A stretch of 64,000 nt of DNA from contig CASFKI010000049.1 of assembly GCA_949295285.1 (NCBI GenBank), positions 1,506-65,505 of the forward strand, read 5' to 3'. Below, piece after piece: positions 9,273 through 20,699 of this stretch. The notes beneath the pieces were generated by a model that saw nothing but the letters and a program-made list of their open reading frames with translations, searched no databases and was not told where the DNA came from. The position numbers and the translations under genes were made by a program. Source of the stretch: an uncultured bacterium (GTDB taxonomy: Bacteria > Bacillota_I > Bacilli_A > RF39 > UBA660). Within the stretch, counting starts at the first letter, position 1; the number at the start of each line of letters is the position of its first letter.

Positions 9273-10203
9273 ATGAAGAAATATATGAGAAATAAATTAA
9301 AAAATATTATAAAATATATTGTTATTTTTATTTTTGGTGGAATATTTTTCTCAGAATTAGTCTATGCTGAAATGTTATTTAATGCTTTGGAAGTAGAATA
9401 TGATAATACAAATAATGGAGCTAATAGTACAGATGTACAAAGTGCGATAGATGAATTGATTTAACCGAAAATCATTGTCCAGACGGTTATAAATGTGAGA
9501 TAATACCTGATGTTCCAGATCCGGTATCATTTGAGGATGATTCATGGGAAACAATAGCAAATGCTGTAAGGACTGGGAATTCAAGTGTATATAGAGTAGG
9601 GGATACAAAAGAAGTTGAATCAGGTGGTTATGGTACTTTTACTGTAAGAATAGCAAATATTTCAACGCCTACTGCATGCAAGAGTACAGGGTTCAGTCAA
9701 ACAGCATGTGGATTTGTGGTTGAGTTTGAAGAATTAGTAACTAATTATAAAATGAATTCATCCAATTCAAACATAGGTGGTTAGAAAGATAGCGAAATGC
9801 GTATGTTTGTGAATACAACTGTATATAATGCACTTCCAAATGATTTGCAAAACGTTATAGGTGAAACATATGTAGTATCGGGTCATGGTGATAGAGATTA
9901 CAGTAATTTTGTTACTACTGACAAATTATACTTATTATCCGCAAAAGAAGTATGGGGAAGTGGTAGTTTTTCTGCTGATTCATCAACAAGACAGCTAGAT
10001 TATTATAGTAGTATTGGTGTAAATAGTACTAATTATGGTGGTGCAATAAAATATAATTCTAGCAAAAGTGCTGTAGGCTGGTGGTTGCGTTCTGGTCTAA
10101 TAATTATTATCAATATTTTCATATTGTATATACCATTGGTGATTTACGTAATAATAATGCTAGTTATGGTAATGTTGTGATACCAGCATTTAGAATTGGT
10201 TAA
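9273..10203 (+). pseudogene. Disrupted gene for a secreted protein with a WWLRS...PAFRI (DUF6273-like) C-terminal module
   Basis: Signal peptide MKKYMRNKLKNIIKYIVIFIFGGIFFSELVYA. There is a frameshift near 9464. CPDGYKCEI...NIGG is followed by an in-frame TAG at 9782-9784 where Trp (TGG) is expected before KDSEMRMFVN. A second frameshift near 10095 comes after WWLRS. The original C-terminus ...ASYGNVVIPAFRIG* is readable in another frame and ends at 10203. Confidence 0.65.
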
Positions 10204-10209
10204 AATAAT

Positions 10210-10252
10210 ATATTTATACTAGTTATATTTTAATTAAATATAACTAGTTTTT
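10210..10252 (+). terminator. Copy B of the repeat; strong rho-independent terminator
   Basis: actagttatattt / aaatataactagt 13-bp perfect stem with a 6-nt loop, then a T-run. The first 21 nt are identical to 9119..9139. Confidence 0.7.
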
Positions 10253-10275
10253 TATTGTTGAAAAAAATAAAAAAA

Positions 10276-10302
10276 TTAGCACTCATATATTGACATTGCT
10301 AA
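10276..10302 (+). promoter_or_regulatory. Upstream degenerate CIRCE-like inverted repeat overlapping the -35 box
   Basis: TTAGCACTC-N9-CATTGCTAA. There are 2 mismatches to the right arm of the consensus TTAGCACTC-N9-GAGTGCTAA. Confidence 0.45.
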
Positions 10303-10318
10303 CATATAATATTATAAT
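10290..10318 (+). promoter_or_regulatory. Sigma-A promoter of the hrcA-grpE-dnaK operon
   Basis: TTGACA (10290-10295), a 17-nt spacer, then TATAAT (10313-10318). Confidence 0.7.
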
Positions 10319-10322
10319 GTAT

Positions 10323-10349
10323 TTAGCACTGAAAGAAAAAGAGTGCTAA
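10323..10349 (+). promoter_or_regulatory. CIRCE operator (HrcA binding site)
   Basis: TTAGCACTG-N9-GAGTGCTAA lies immediately downstream of the -10 box and upstream of the RBS aaaggagg. Confidence 0.9.
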
Positions 10350-10358
10350 AGGAGGTAT

Positions 10359-11384
10359 ATGATGATTATAACAAGACAAAAAGAATTACTAAAAACTATT
10401 GTTGAAGAATATGTTAAAACAGCTAGACCAGTTGGCAGTAAAGCTTTATGTAAAAAATTTAAATGTTCAAGCGCGACAATTAGAAATGATATGGCATTTT
10501 TAGAAGAACTTGGATATTTAGAAAAGACACATATATCTTCAGGTAGAGTGCCATCTGAGGATGGATATAGATATTATGTTGACAACTTAATGGAGCCTAA
10601 AAAAATTAGTGGAGAGGATATGCTTAGACTCCAAACTATATTTAGTAATAAAGAATTAGAATTAAATGATGCTATTACTAAAAGCTTAGAGATAATAAGT
10701 GATATCACAAATTATACATCAGTTATTTTAGGTAAAGAATCAAGTGATAATTTACTTCAAAAAGTTGAAGTAGTTCCACTAAATGATAGACAATTAATAG
10801 CAATATTAATTACAAACACAGGTCATATCGAAAATAAGAATGTTAACTTAAAAGAAAATATTCCATCTAATGAAATAGCAAAAACTACTGAGTTATTAAA
10901 TAAAATACTTATAGGGACGCCAATAGATGATGTTCCAAGTAAGTTAGAATTTGAAGTAAAACCAGTTATTAGAAACTATATTCAAAACTATGAAGTAGTT
11001 TATAATGCTTTTTACAATGCTTTATCTAACTTTACTAATGAAAGGGATGTTAAATTTACTGGTAAAACTAATATATTAAAACAACCAGAATTCAATACAG
11101 TCGATGATATTAAAAATATTATAAGTAAATTTGAAAGCAAAGATATGGTGAGTAAAATTGAAGAGGCCAACGATGAGGTTAAGATATATATTGGTAGTCA
11201 AAGTGAAATAGATAATAATGTTACAGTAGTAAAGACAAAATATAAAGCAGATGGAAAAGAGGGAACAATTGCTATTATTGGTCCTAAGAGAATGGAATAC
11301 GAACGCGTTGTAAATATGCTTGAATATTTAAAAGAAAATATTGAAGCGAAAAGAAAGGAAAATTCAGTTGAAAAAGCAAGTTAA
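10359..11384 (+). CDS. hrcA: Heat-inducible transcription repressor HrcA
   Basis: N-terminal winged helix (RPVGSKAL...SSATIRNDMAFLEELGYLEKTHISSGRVPSEDGYRYYVD), 341 aa, first gene after CIRCE. Confidence 0.9.
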   Translation: MMIITRQKELLKTIVEEYVKTARPVGSKALCKKFKCSSATIRNDMAFLEELGYLEKTHISSGRVPSEDGYRYYVDNLMEPKKISGEDMLRLQTIFSNKELELNDAITKSLEIISDITNYTSVILGKESSDNLLQKVEVVPLNDRQLIAILITNTGHIENKNVNLKENIPSNEIAKTTELLNKILIGTPIDDVPSKLEFEVKPVIRNYIQNYEVVYNAFYNALSNFTNERDVKFTGKTNILKQPEFNTVDDIKNIISKFESKDMVSKIEEANDEVKIYIGSQSEIDNNVTVVKTKYKADGKEGTIAIIGPKRMEYERVVNMLEYLKENIEAKRKENSVEKAS

Positions 11385-11994
11385 TGAGAATGAAATAAAA
11401 GATAAAAATGAATCTAACACTATTAATAACGAGCAAAAAGTCAATGAAGAAACTAAAACTACTGAAAATACGAATACAAGTGAAAGTACATGCAATGGTT
11501 CTTGTAATGAATGTAGTGGATGTGGAAATATTGATAATGAAACTCTTATTAAAATACTAGATTCAAGAAATAAAGAATTAGAAGAAAAATATATGCGTTT
11601 ACAAGCAGAATATTTAAATTTTAAAACTAGAACTCAAAATGAAGTAAGTAGAATGCTTCAATATGAAGGAGAAGACTTCATTAAAGAGTTATTACCAGTT
11701 AAGGATAATCTTGAAAGAGCTGTTATGTTAGATGATAATGATTTAAGTGATGAAGTAAGCAAATTCTTAAGTGGAGTAAAATTAATACTTGGAAACTTAA
11801 CAACATTATTTGATAAATTCCAAGTAAAAGAAATTGAATGTCTAGGACTTGAATTTGATCCTACACTAGAAGATGCTGTATTGGTTGAACATGACGAAAA
11901 TAAACCTGAAAATGTGATTTTAGAAGTTCTTGCTAAAGGATATAAATATAAAGATAAAGTTATTAGACATGCAACAGTAAAAGTTAATAAATAA
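11341..11994 (+). CDS. grpE: Nucleotide exchange factor GrpE (start uncertain: TTG 11341 or TTG 11368)
   Basis: Conserved core LEEKYMRLQAEYLNFKTRTQ...LLPVKDNLERA...GYKYKDKVIRHATVKV. There is no in-frame ATG before the core. A long N/E/T-rich N-terminal extension contains CNGSCNECSGC. Confidence 0.88.
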   Translation: MKRKERKIQLKKQVNENEIKDKNESNTINNEQKVNEETKTTENTNTSESTCNGSCNECSGCGNIDNETLIKILDSRNKELEEKYMRLQAEYLNFKTRTQNEVSRMLQYEGEDFIKELLPVKDNLERAVMLDDNDLSDEVSKFLSGVKLILGNLTTLFDKFQVKEIECLGLEFDPTLEDAVLVEHDENKPENVILEVLAKGYKYKDKVIRHATVKVNK

Positions 11995-11999
11995 TATAA

Positions 12000-13874
<1,875 letters not shown>

Positions 13875-13937
13875 TTATTAAATATTGGGGCTCTAATATG
13901 AGCCCTTATTTAATAAACTATAATGTAAAGGAGCAAT

Positions 13938-15701
13938 ATGAATTATAATTGGGATTTAACTAGAATGTTTAAAAATGATGAAGAATATAATAATGCAATT
14001 AATGAAATAAATAAAATGTTAAAAGAAGTATCTTCATATAAAGGAAGAATACTTGAAAATGAAAATACATTATATAATTTACTTGAATTAACTATTAATA
14101 TTGAAATGATATTATCTAAAGTGTATGTATATTCATATTTAGGATTTTATGATAATATGTCAGATATAAAATTTCAACAATATAAAGAAAAAAGTAGTAC
14201 TTTGAATGTTGAAATAAATAAAGTTGAAAGTTTTATAGAACCAGAATTATTAAGTCATGATTTTTCATTAATTGAAGAGTATATTTCAAAAAATAAAAAA
14301 CTAGAAAAATATAGATTATATTTAACTAAGATATTTAGATATAAACCACATGTTTTAAGTGAAAAAGAAGAAAAATTACTAAATAGTGTTAGTGATTTAT
14401 TTGATACTTCAGAAAATGCTTTTTCTAATTTAACTAATGTTGATGTTGATTTTGGGAAAATAAAAAATGAAGATGGTAAATTAGTTAAATTAACATCTTC
14501 AAATTATAATGTTTTTCTAAGTTCTAAAAATGAATCTATTAGAAAATCTGCATTTAAAAAAGTTTATAAGTTTTATAAAAATCATATAAACACTATTAGT
14601 GCTTTATATATTGGCAATATTAAAAATGATGTGTTTTATTGTAAAACTAAAAAATATAATTCTTCATTAGAAGGAAGTTTGTTTAGAGATAATATAGATT
14701 CAAAATTATATAAAACATTAATTAAGATAACTAATGATAATACTAAATATTTGAAAGAATATTATAATATTAAGTCTAAAGTAGTTGGCAAAAAATTACA
14801 CATGTATGATACTTATTTGAATATTAGTAAGTGTCCAGATAAAAAAATAAAATATGAAAAAGCAATTGAAATAATAAATAAAGCATTAAAACCACTTGGA
14901 GAAGATTACTTAAATAAATTTAATTATTTATTAAATAATAGGTGTGTAGATGTATATCCCAAAGATAAAAAAAGAAGTGGAGCTTATCAGTGGGGAAGTT
15001 ATAAAATACTCCCATATGTATCTTTAAATTATGAAAATAATATGGATAGTGTAAGTACACTTGCTCATGAAATGGGGCATGCTATGCATACATATTTTAG
15101 TGATTTAAATCAAGATTTTATTTATGCATCATATCCAATATTCTTAGCAGAAATAGCATCTACTGTAAATGAAATATTATTGTCTGAATATTTATTAAAT
15201 AATACAAATGATAAAGACGAAAAGATATATTATATTGTAGAATTTTTAGATAAATTTAAGGCAACTGTATATAGACAAGTTATGTTTGCTGAATTCGAAG
15301 ATACAGTTCATGAATATTATGAAGAAGGTAATGCTCTTACTAAAGATTATTTGTGTAATACTTATCTAAATTTGGTTAAAAATCAATTTAATCCAGCTGT
15401 TATAATTGATAAAGACATTATGTATGAATGGGCTAGAATTCCACATTTTTATAATTCATATTATGTATATAAATATGCTACTGGATTTATTAGTGCATTA
15501 ATAATAGTAGATAAATTATTAAATGATAACACATTTAAAGATAAATATATTAATTTTTTAAGTAGTGGAAATATAAAATATCCTTTAGATTTACTTAAAG
15601 ATTTAGATATAGATCTTACTGATGAAAAAACAATAAATAGAGCATTTGAATTATTTAAAGAAAAAGTTTCAATGCTTAATACTTTAGAAAGTGGTGAGTA
15701 A
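13938..15701 (+). CDS. pepF: Oligoendopeptidase F (M3B family)
   Basis: 587 aa. Zinc motif HEMGHAMH with a downstream glutamate region (FLAEIAST). Overall M3B layout. Confidence 0.85.
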   Translation: MNYNWDLTRMFKNDEEYNNAINEINKMLKEVSSYKGRILENENTLYNLLELTINIEMILSKVYVYSYLGFYDNMSDIKFQQYKEKSSTLNVEINKVESFIEPELLSHDFSLIEEYISKNKKLEKYRLYLTKIFRYKPHVLSEKEEKLLNSVSDLFDTSENAFSNLTNVDVDFGKIKNEDGKLVKLTSSNYNVFLSSKNESIRKSAFKKVYKFYKNHINTISALYIGNIKNDVFYCKTKKYNSSLEGSLFRDNIDSKLYKTLIKITNDNTKYLKEYYNIKSKVVGKKLHMYDTYLNISKCPDKKIKYEKAIEIINKALKPLGEDYLNKFNYLLNNRCVDVYPKDKKRSGAYQWGSYKILPYVSLNYENNMDSVSTLAHEMGHAMHTYFSDLNQDFIYASYPIFLAEIASTVNEILLSEYLLNNTNDKDEKIYYIVEFLDKFKATVYRQVMFAEFEDTVHEYYEEGNALTKDYLCNTYLNLVKNQFNPAVIIDKDIMYEWARIPHFYNSYYVYKYATGFISALIIVDKLLNDNTFKDKYINFLSSGNIKYPLDLLKDLDIDLTDEKTINRAFELFKEKVSMLNTLESGE

Positions 15702-15703
15702 TT

Positions 15704-16831
15704 ATGGCTAAGAGAGATTATTATGAAATATTAGGAGTCTCTAAAGATGCAACAGATGCTGAGATTAAAAGTGCGTTTAGAAAAAAAGCAAAAGAATTCC
15801 ATCCTGACATAAATAAAAGTCCAGATGCATCAGAAAAATTTAAAGAAGCACAAGAAGCATATGCTTGCTTATCTGATAAGGATAATCGTGCTAAATATGA
15901 TCAATTTGGTCATGCTGCTTTTGAAAATAATTATTCAAATCCAGGTGGGGCTTATCAAGGAAATCCATTTGGTAATTTCGACTTTGGTGATATATTTGAT
16001 GATTTATTTGGTAGTGGGTTTGGAGGATTTTCTTCATTTGGTGGCAGTAGTAATGCTAAATCAAGAGCTAAAAAAGGTGCAGATACTTTATATAGCATGA
16101 AAATAGATTTCATGGAAGCCGTTTATGGGTGCAAAAAAGATATTGAAATAGAATATTATGAACCATGTGATGAGTGTAATGGTAAAGGTGGCTATGGTGA
16201 AACTACTTGTGATGAGTGTAATGGTAGAGGATATGTTATAAAGCAGGTAAATACGTTTATTGGTGCTATTCAAACTAAAACCACATGTAGTGTATGTGGT
16301 GGAAAAGGAAAAATATTTAAAAATAAATGTAGTACTTGTAAATCAACAGGTAAAGTAAAAATAAGAAAAGTACTTACTATTGATATTCCTGCTGGTATAA
16401 ATAATGGAGAGCAACTAAGAATTAGTGGAAAAGGAGAAGCTGGCATAAACGGAGGTCCTAATGGAGACTTATATCTTCAATTTAAAATAGCATCTCATGA
16501 ATTATATAAAAGAGATGGTGATGATATTTATATTGATTTACCTGTTACAATTACTGATTTATGTTTAGGATGCAAGAAAACAATAATGACAATGGATGGT
16601 GAGGTAGAACTTAAAATCAAAGAAGGAACTCAACCTGGTGATACTTTAAGAATTAAGGGAAAAGGAATTAATAATCCAGATTCATGGAAAAAGGGCGATT
16701 TTTATTGCGTTATTAAATTAATTATTCCAACTGACTTATCAAGAAAACAAAAATCTTTATTAGAAGAGCTAGATGATACAAATTTGGAAGATGATATAAT
16801 TTTTAAAAAATTTAGAAAATTAAATAGATAA
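15704..16831 (+). CDS. dnaJ: Co-chaperone DnaJ
   Basis: J domain (DYYEILGV, HPD), a G/F-rich region, and four CxxCxGxG zinc repeats. Confidence 0.95.
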   Translation: MAKRDYYEILGVSKDATDAEIKSAFRKKAKEFHPDINKSPDASEKFKEAQEAYACLSDKDNRAKYDQFGHAAFENNYSNPGGAYQGNPFGNFDFGDIFDDLFGSGFGGFSSFGGSSNAKSRAKKGADTLYSMKIDFMEAVYGCKKDIEIEYYEPCDECNGKGGYGETTCDECNGRGYVIKQVNTFIGAIQTKTTCSVCGGKGKIFKNKCSTCKSTGKVKIRKVLTIDIPAGINNGEQLRISGKGEAGINGGPNGDLYLQFKIASHELYKRDGDDIYIDLPVTITDLCLGCKKTIMTMDGEVELKIKEGTQPGDTLRIKGKGINNPDSWKKGDFYCVIKLIIPTDLSRKQKSLLEELDDTNLEDDIIFKKFRKLNR

Positions 16832-16857
16832 GAAAGATAGTTATATCTTTCTTTTTT
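16831..16857 (+). terminator. Rho-independent terminator after dnaJ
   Basis: agaaagata / tatctttct stem with a 4-nt loop, then tttttat. Confidence 0.7.
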
Positions 16858-16882
16858 ATATAGTTTATTTATAAATAAAAAC

Positions 16883-16911
16883 TTGAAAAAATTAATTTTT
16901 TATGGTATAAT
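16883..16911 (+). promoter_or_regulatory. Sigma-A promoter for the unknown-dnaG-sigA-trmK transcription unit
   Basis: TTGAAA (16883-16888), a 17-nt spacer, then TATAAT (16906-16911). Confidence 0.65.
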
Positions 16912-16941
16912 ATTGTAAATTAAAAAAAGGGGGGTTAAAAA

Positions 16942-17829
16942 ATGAGAGATTATAATAAATATTATTATAATATTGATTATAAAATTTATAAAAATGATAA
17001 TTACAAAACTAATAAAGAGATAAATTATTCACCGGACATAAAGTCATATGGAAGAATTTATTATGATGAACAATTGAAAAAATTATTATCTCGTTTAAAT
17101 AAAAATCAAATTACTTGTTTAACTTATATATTAAATAGAGCTATTGCTGCAGGAATTAATGTTGATATAAATTATGTTATATTAATTATTAATTTAATTT
17201 TAAACAGCCCATCACAATCTATTGATAAACTATCAAAAAATAATGATTTAAAAATAAAATCTAATGATAGTATTGATGATTTAAGAAAATTAGAGGAAGA
17301 AAAAAGAAGAGAAACTGATAGAATAATTACAAAATTTTTAGCTGATATTACTCAAAGAGGTTCAAATAATAATTTTAGAGGATGGGTTTTGCCTAATGGA
17401 TTATTATTAAGTCAATTTAATGAAACATCTGAAATTAGTGATGATCCAAAAAGACAAGATCATAGCTCATTGGTAAAAATATTTATTGAAGGTTTAAAGG
17501 AATATGATTTTGATATGTATCAAAAAATAATATCACTATATGATGAGTACATGAGAGAATTAGGTGTTAGTGGAGATTATAGTGAAAGTTTTGCTGTTGA
17601 AAGATTGGGGTGGATGCAAGTTTCTGTCTTTGGTCAAAAAATAATAGCCTATAGAGGCGACAGATGGCAAGATAGAATATTATCACCTTTCTTTAATGAA
17701 TATGGATTTAAATATACTATTTATAATTCTGGTAAAGATTATGATTATAGATTTGATAAATTATATGATCATATAAATGAAATAATAAAATTAGGATTAA
17801 AAGGAAAATATTCAAGAAAATTAAATTAA
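16942..17829 (+). CDS. Hypothetical protein, 295 aa, no family recognised
   Basis: Long ORF in AT-rich DNA with a strong RBS (aaaggggggt) and its own promoter. Y/N/K-rich N-terminus, and a C-terminal half with W/R/D-containing segments (RGWVLPNGLL, ERLGWMQVSVFGQKIIAYRGDRWQDRILSPFF). Confidence 0.6.
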   Translation: MRDYNKYYYNIDYKIYKNDNYKTNKEINYSPDIKSYGRIYYDEQLKKLLSRLNKNQITCLTYILNRAIAAGINVDINYVILIINLILNSPSQSIDKLSKNNDLKIKSNDSIDDLRKLEEEKRRETDRIITKFLADITQRGSNNNFRGWVLPNGLLLSQFNETSEISDDPKRQDHSSLVKIFIEGLKEYDFDMYQKIISLYDEYMRELGVSGDYSESFAVERLGWMQVSVFGQKIIAYRGDRWQDRILSPFFNEYGFKYTIYNSGKDYDYRFDKLYDHINEIIKLGLKGKYSRKLN

Positions 17830-17880
17830 AAGTAGTGTTTTAAAAAATTATAGCGTATATATTTATTGGAGGGCAAAAAA

Positions 17881-19611
17881 ATGGCTTTTATATCACAAGA
17901 ATTAATTAATGAGATAAAATCTAAAAATGATATAATTGATATAATAGGAAGTTATATTAATCTTGATGATAAAAATAAAGCAATATGCCCTTTTCATAAT
18001 GATCATTCACCATCTTTTAGTGTTAGTAGCGAAAAACAAATATATAAATGTTTTAGTTGCGGAGAGAGTGGGAATGTAATTACTTTTGTTCAAAAGTTTA
18101 ATTCAATATCATTTATTGAGGCACTTAAGTTATTAGCAGATAGAGTAGGAATAAATTTAAATATTCAAGATCAAAAAAAATCAAATAAGTATGATAAATA
18201 TTATGAAATAACTTCTGTTGCATTAAAATATTTTAAAAATAATTTGATGTCTACTCAAGGAAAAGATGCTATAAAATATTTGAATAATAGAAAAATAGAT
18301 AAAAATTTAATAAATGAATTTAATATTGGACTTTCTACTGGAAATAAATTATCAAGTATATTGACAAAAAAATATCCAATTAGAGATGTAATTGATACAG
18401 ATCTTGTAAAAGAAATTAATGGATCTGAATATGATACATTTCAAAATAGAATAATTTTTCCAATTATGGATGAAAATAATAATGTAGTTGCATTTTCAGG
18501 AAGAAAATATTTAAGTGAAGATTTAGTTGATGATACTTTTGCAAAATATGTTAATTCTAAAGATACTGTAATATTTAATAAAGGAAAGATATTATTTAAT
18601 TTAAATAATGCAATACCATACATTAAAAAGAAAAAAGAAATAATTATTACAGAAGGATTTATGGATGCGATTAGATTATCATCTATTGGATATAAAAATG
18701 TAGTTGCATTAATGGGAACAGCATTAACTAAAGAAAATAAAGAAAAGATATTAAAATATAAATGTAAAATAATCCTTAATTTGGATCAAGATAATGCAGG
18801 TAAAATGGCAACTATTTCAATAGGAGATGATTTATTAAAAAATAATGTTGATTTATCAGTAATAGTGTTTGATGATTATAAAGATAGTGATGAATTTATT
18901 ATAAATAAAGGAAAAGAAGCATTTGATATTTCTTATAATAATAAAATTTCGTTTATTGATTTTAAACTTAATTATTTAAAAACTAATAAAAATATGAGTG
19001 ATTCTGTTGATATTAGTAAATATATAAATGAAGCAATTAATTCATTAAATGAGTTAGATGATGATATATTAAAGGAATTAAAGATCAAAGAGATGGCTAA
19101 TGAATTTGGAATTAATGAATCTGTTATTAAAGGAAAATTAAATAATAAATTAAGCGTTATAAAACCTAGGGAACAACAAATAAAAAAAAGATATAATAAA
19201 TATGATATAAGTGAGGTTAGAATACTTTATTTAATGTTGCATTATGATGATGTTATAGTGATATTTGAAAATACATTAGGATATTTAATTCATGATAATA
19301 TGTCATCACTAGCATATAAAATAATTGAATTTAAGAATGATTATGGTTATTTTGATTATAGTGATTTTATTGATTATATAGGTGATAATCTTATTCTTAA
19401 TGAAACATTAAAAGAAGTAAATAAATATTATAATAAAGATGATTATACTGATGCTGAGCTAGAGTCTTATATTAATACAATTAAAGAATATTCAGTTAAG
19501 AAGAGAATAGAAGCATTAAAAAAGGAAATGAAAGAAACGCTAGATATAAATAAAAAAATAGAAATAGCTGAGAAAATAGAAAATATAAATAAGGAAGTGT
19601 TAAAATGGTAG
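17881..19611 (+). CDS. dnaG: DNA primase DnaG
   Basis: ATG 17881 follows ggaggg; the track TTG at 17866 is less likely. Zinc finger [13 protein letters not shown]...CFSCGESGN, and TOPRIM EGFMDAI ... DQDNAG. Confidence 0.9.
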   Translation: MAFISQELINEIKSKNDIIDIIGSYINLDDKNKAICPFHNDHSPSFSVSSEKQIYKCFSCGESGNVITFVQKFNSISFIEALKLLADRVGINLNIQDQKKSNKYDKYYEITSVALKYFKNNLMSTQGKDAIKYLNNRKIDKNLINEFNIGLSTGNKLSSILTKKYPIRDVIDTDLVKEINGSEYDTFQNRIIFPIMDENNNVVAFSGRKYLSEDLVDDTFAKYVNSKDTVIFNKGKILFNLNNAIPYIKKKKEIIITEGFMDAIRLSSIGYKNVVALMGTALTKENKEKILKYKCKIILNLDQDNAGKMATISIGDDLLKNNVDLSVIVFDDYKDSDEFIINKGKEAFDISYNNKISFIDFKLNYLKTNKNMSDSVDISKYINEAINSLNELDDDILKELKIKEMANEFGINESVIKGKLNNKLSVIKPREQQIKKRYNKYDISEVRILYLMLHYDDVIVIFENTLGYLIHDNMSSLAYKIIEFKNDYGYFDYSDFIDYIGDNLILNETLKEVNKYYNKDDYTDAELESYINTIKEYSVKKRIEALKKEMKETLDINKKIEIAEKIENINKEVLKW

Positions 19612-20699
19612 AAGAAAATAAAACATTAGAAGAAAGAATAGATGAGTTAATTGTTTTAGGTAAGAAGCAAGGCTACTTAACTTATGAACAAATTGCAAAA
19701 AGAACGTTAGATTTAGATTTGAATAGCAACGCATTAGATGAATTATATAATAAAATTACTGAGAATAAAATAGAAGTAAGAGCAGAAGATGAAGATGAGG
19801 GTTCTGATAGTATTGATTTAAAAAATGAAATTATTATTGATGATGTTCCTGATGAAAGTAAAGATATGAGTGTTAATGATAATGTAAGAATGTACTTAAA
19901 AGAAATAGGTAAAATTAGTCTTCTTACATTAGAAGAGGAACAAGAATTATCAAGAAAAGTAGCAGAAGGGGATGAACATGCTAAAAATGTTCTTGCTGAA
20001 TCTAACTTACGTTTAGTTGTTTCTATTGCTAAGAGATATGTTGGTAGAGGTTTATTATTTTTAGATCTAATTCAAGAAGGAAATATAGGGCTTATGAAAG
20101 CAGTTGAAAAGTTTGATTATGATAAAGGATATAAATTTTCGACTTATGCTACTTGGTGGATTAGGCAAGCAATAACAAGGGCATTAGCAGATCAAGCAAG
20201 AACAATAAGGGTTCCTGTTCATATGGTTGAAACTATTAATAAAATGGCAAGAATAGAAAGACAAATGACTCTTGAGTTAAATAGAGAACCAACAGATCAA
20301 GAATTGTCTAAGAAAATGGGATTAAGTGTAGAAAAAATAGCTGAAATAAGAAAAATAAGTCAAGATCCTGTATCATTAGAAACTCCAGTTGGAGAAGAAG
20401 ATGATTCACATTTAGGAGATTTTCTTGCTGATGAGAGAACAATGTCTCCAGAAGATTTCGCAACTTATGAAATATTAAAAGATGAATTAAGAGAAGTTTT
20501 AGATACATTAACAGTTCGTGAAAAAGAGGTATTAGAACTTAGATTTGGTTTATTCGACGGTTCTAGTCATACATTAGAAGAAGTTGGAAAACAATTTAAA
20601 GTTACTCGTGAGAGAATAAGGCAAATTGAAGCAAAAGCTCTAAGAAAATTAAGACACCCATCTAGAGCTAAAAAATTAAAAGATTTCTTAATTGAATAG
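19605..20699 (+). CDS. sigA: Primary sigma factor SigA/RpoD
   Basis: Region 2 [13 protein letters not shown], and region 4.2 [30 protein letters not shown]. Confidence 0.95.
   Translation: MVEENKTLEERIDELIVLGKKQGYLTYEQIAKRTLDLDLNSNALDELYNKITENKIEVRAEDEDEGSDSIDLKNEIIIDDVPDESKDMSVNDNVRMYLKEIGKISLLTLEEEQELSRKVAEGDEHAKNVLAESNLRLVVSIAKRYVGRGLLFLDLIQEGNIGLMKAVEKFDYDKGYKFSTYATWWIRQAITRALADQARTIRVPVHMVETINKMARIERQMTLELNREPTDQELSKKMGLSVEKIAEIRKISQDPVSLETPVGEEDDSHLGDFLADERTMSPEDFATYEILKDELREVLDTLTVREKEVLELRFGLFDGSSHTLEEVGKQFKVTRERIRQIEAKALRKLRHPSRAKKLKDFLIE

Noticed and set aside
9375-9608. A 77-aa minus-strand ORF in the pseudogene region.
   Set aside because: It lies antisense to sequence that aligns in the plus frame with a recognisable protein family, and it has no signals of its own.
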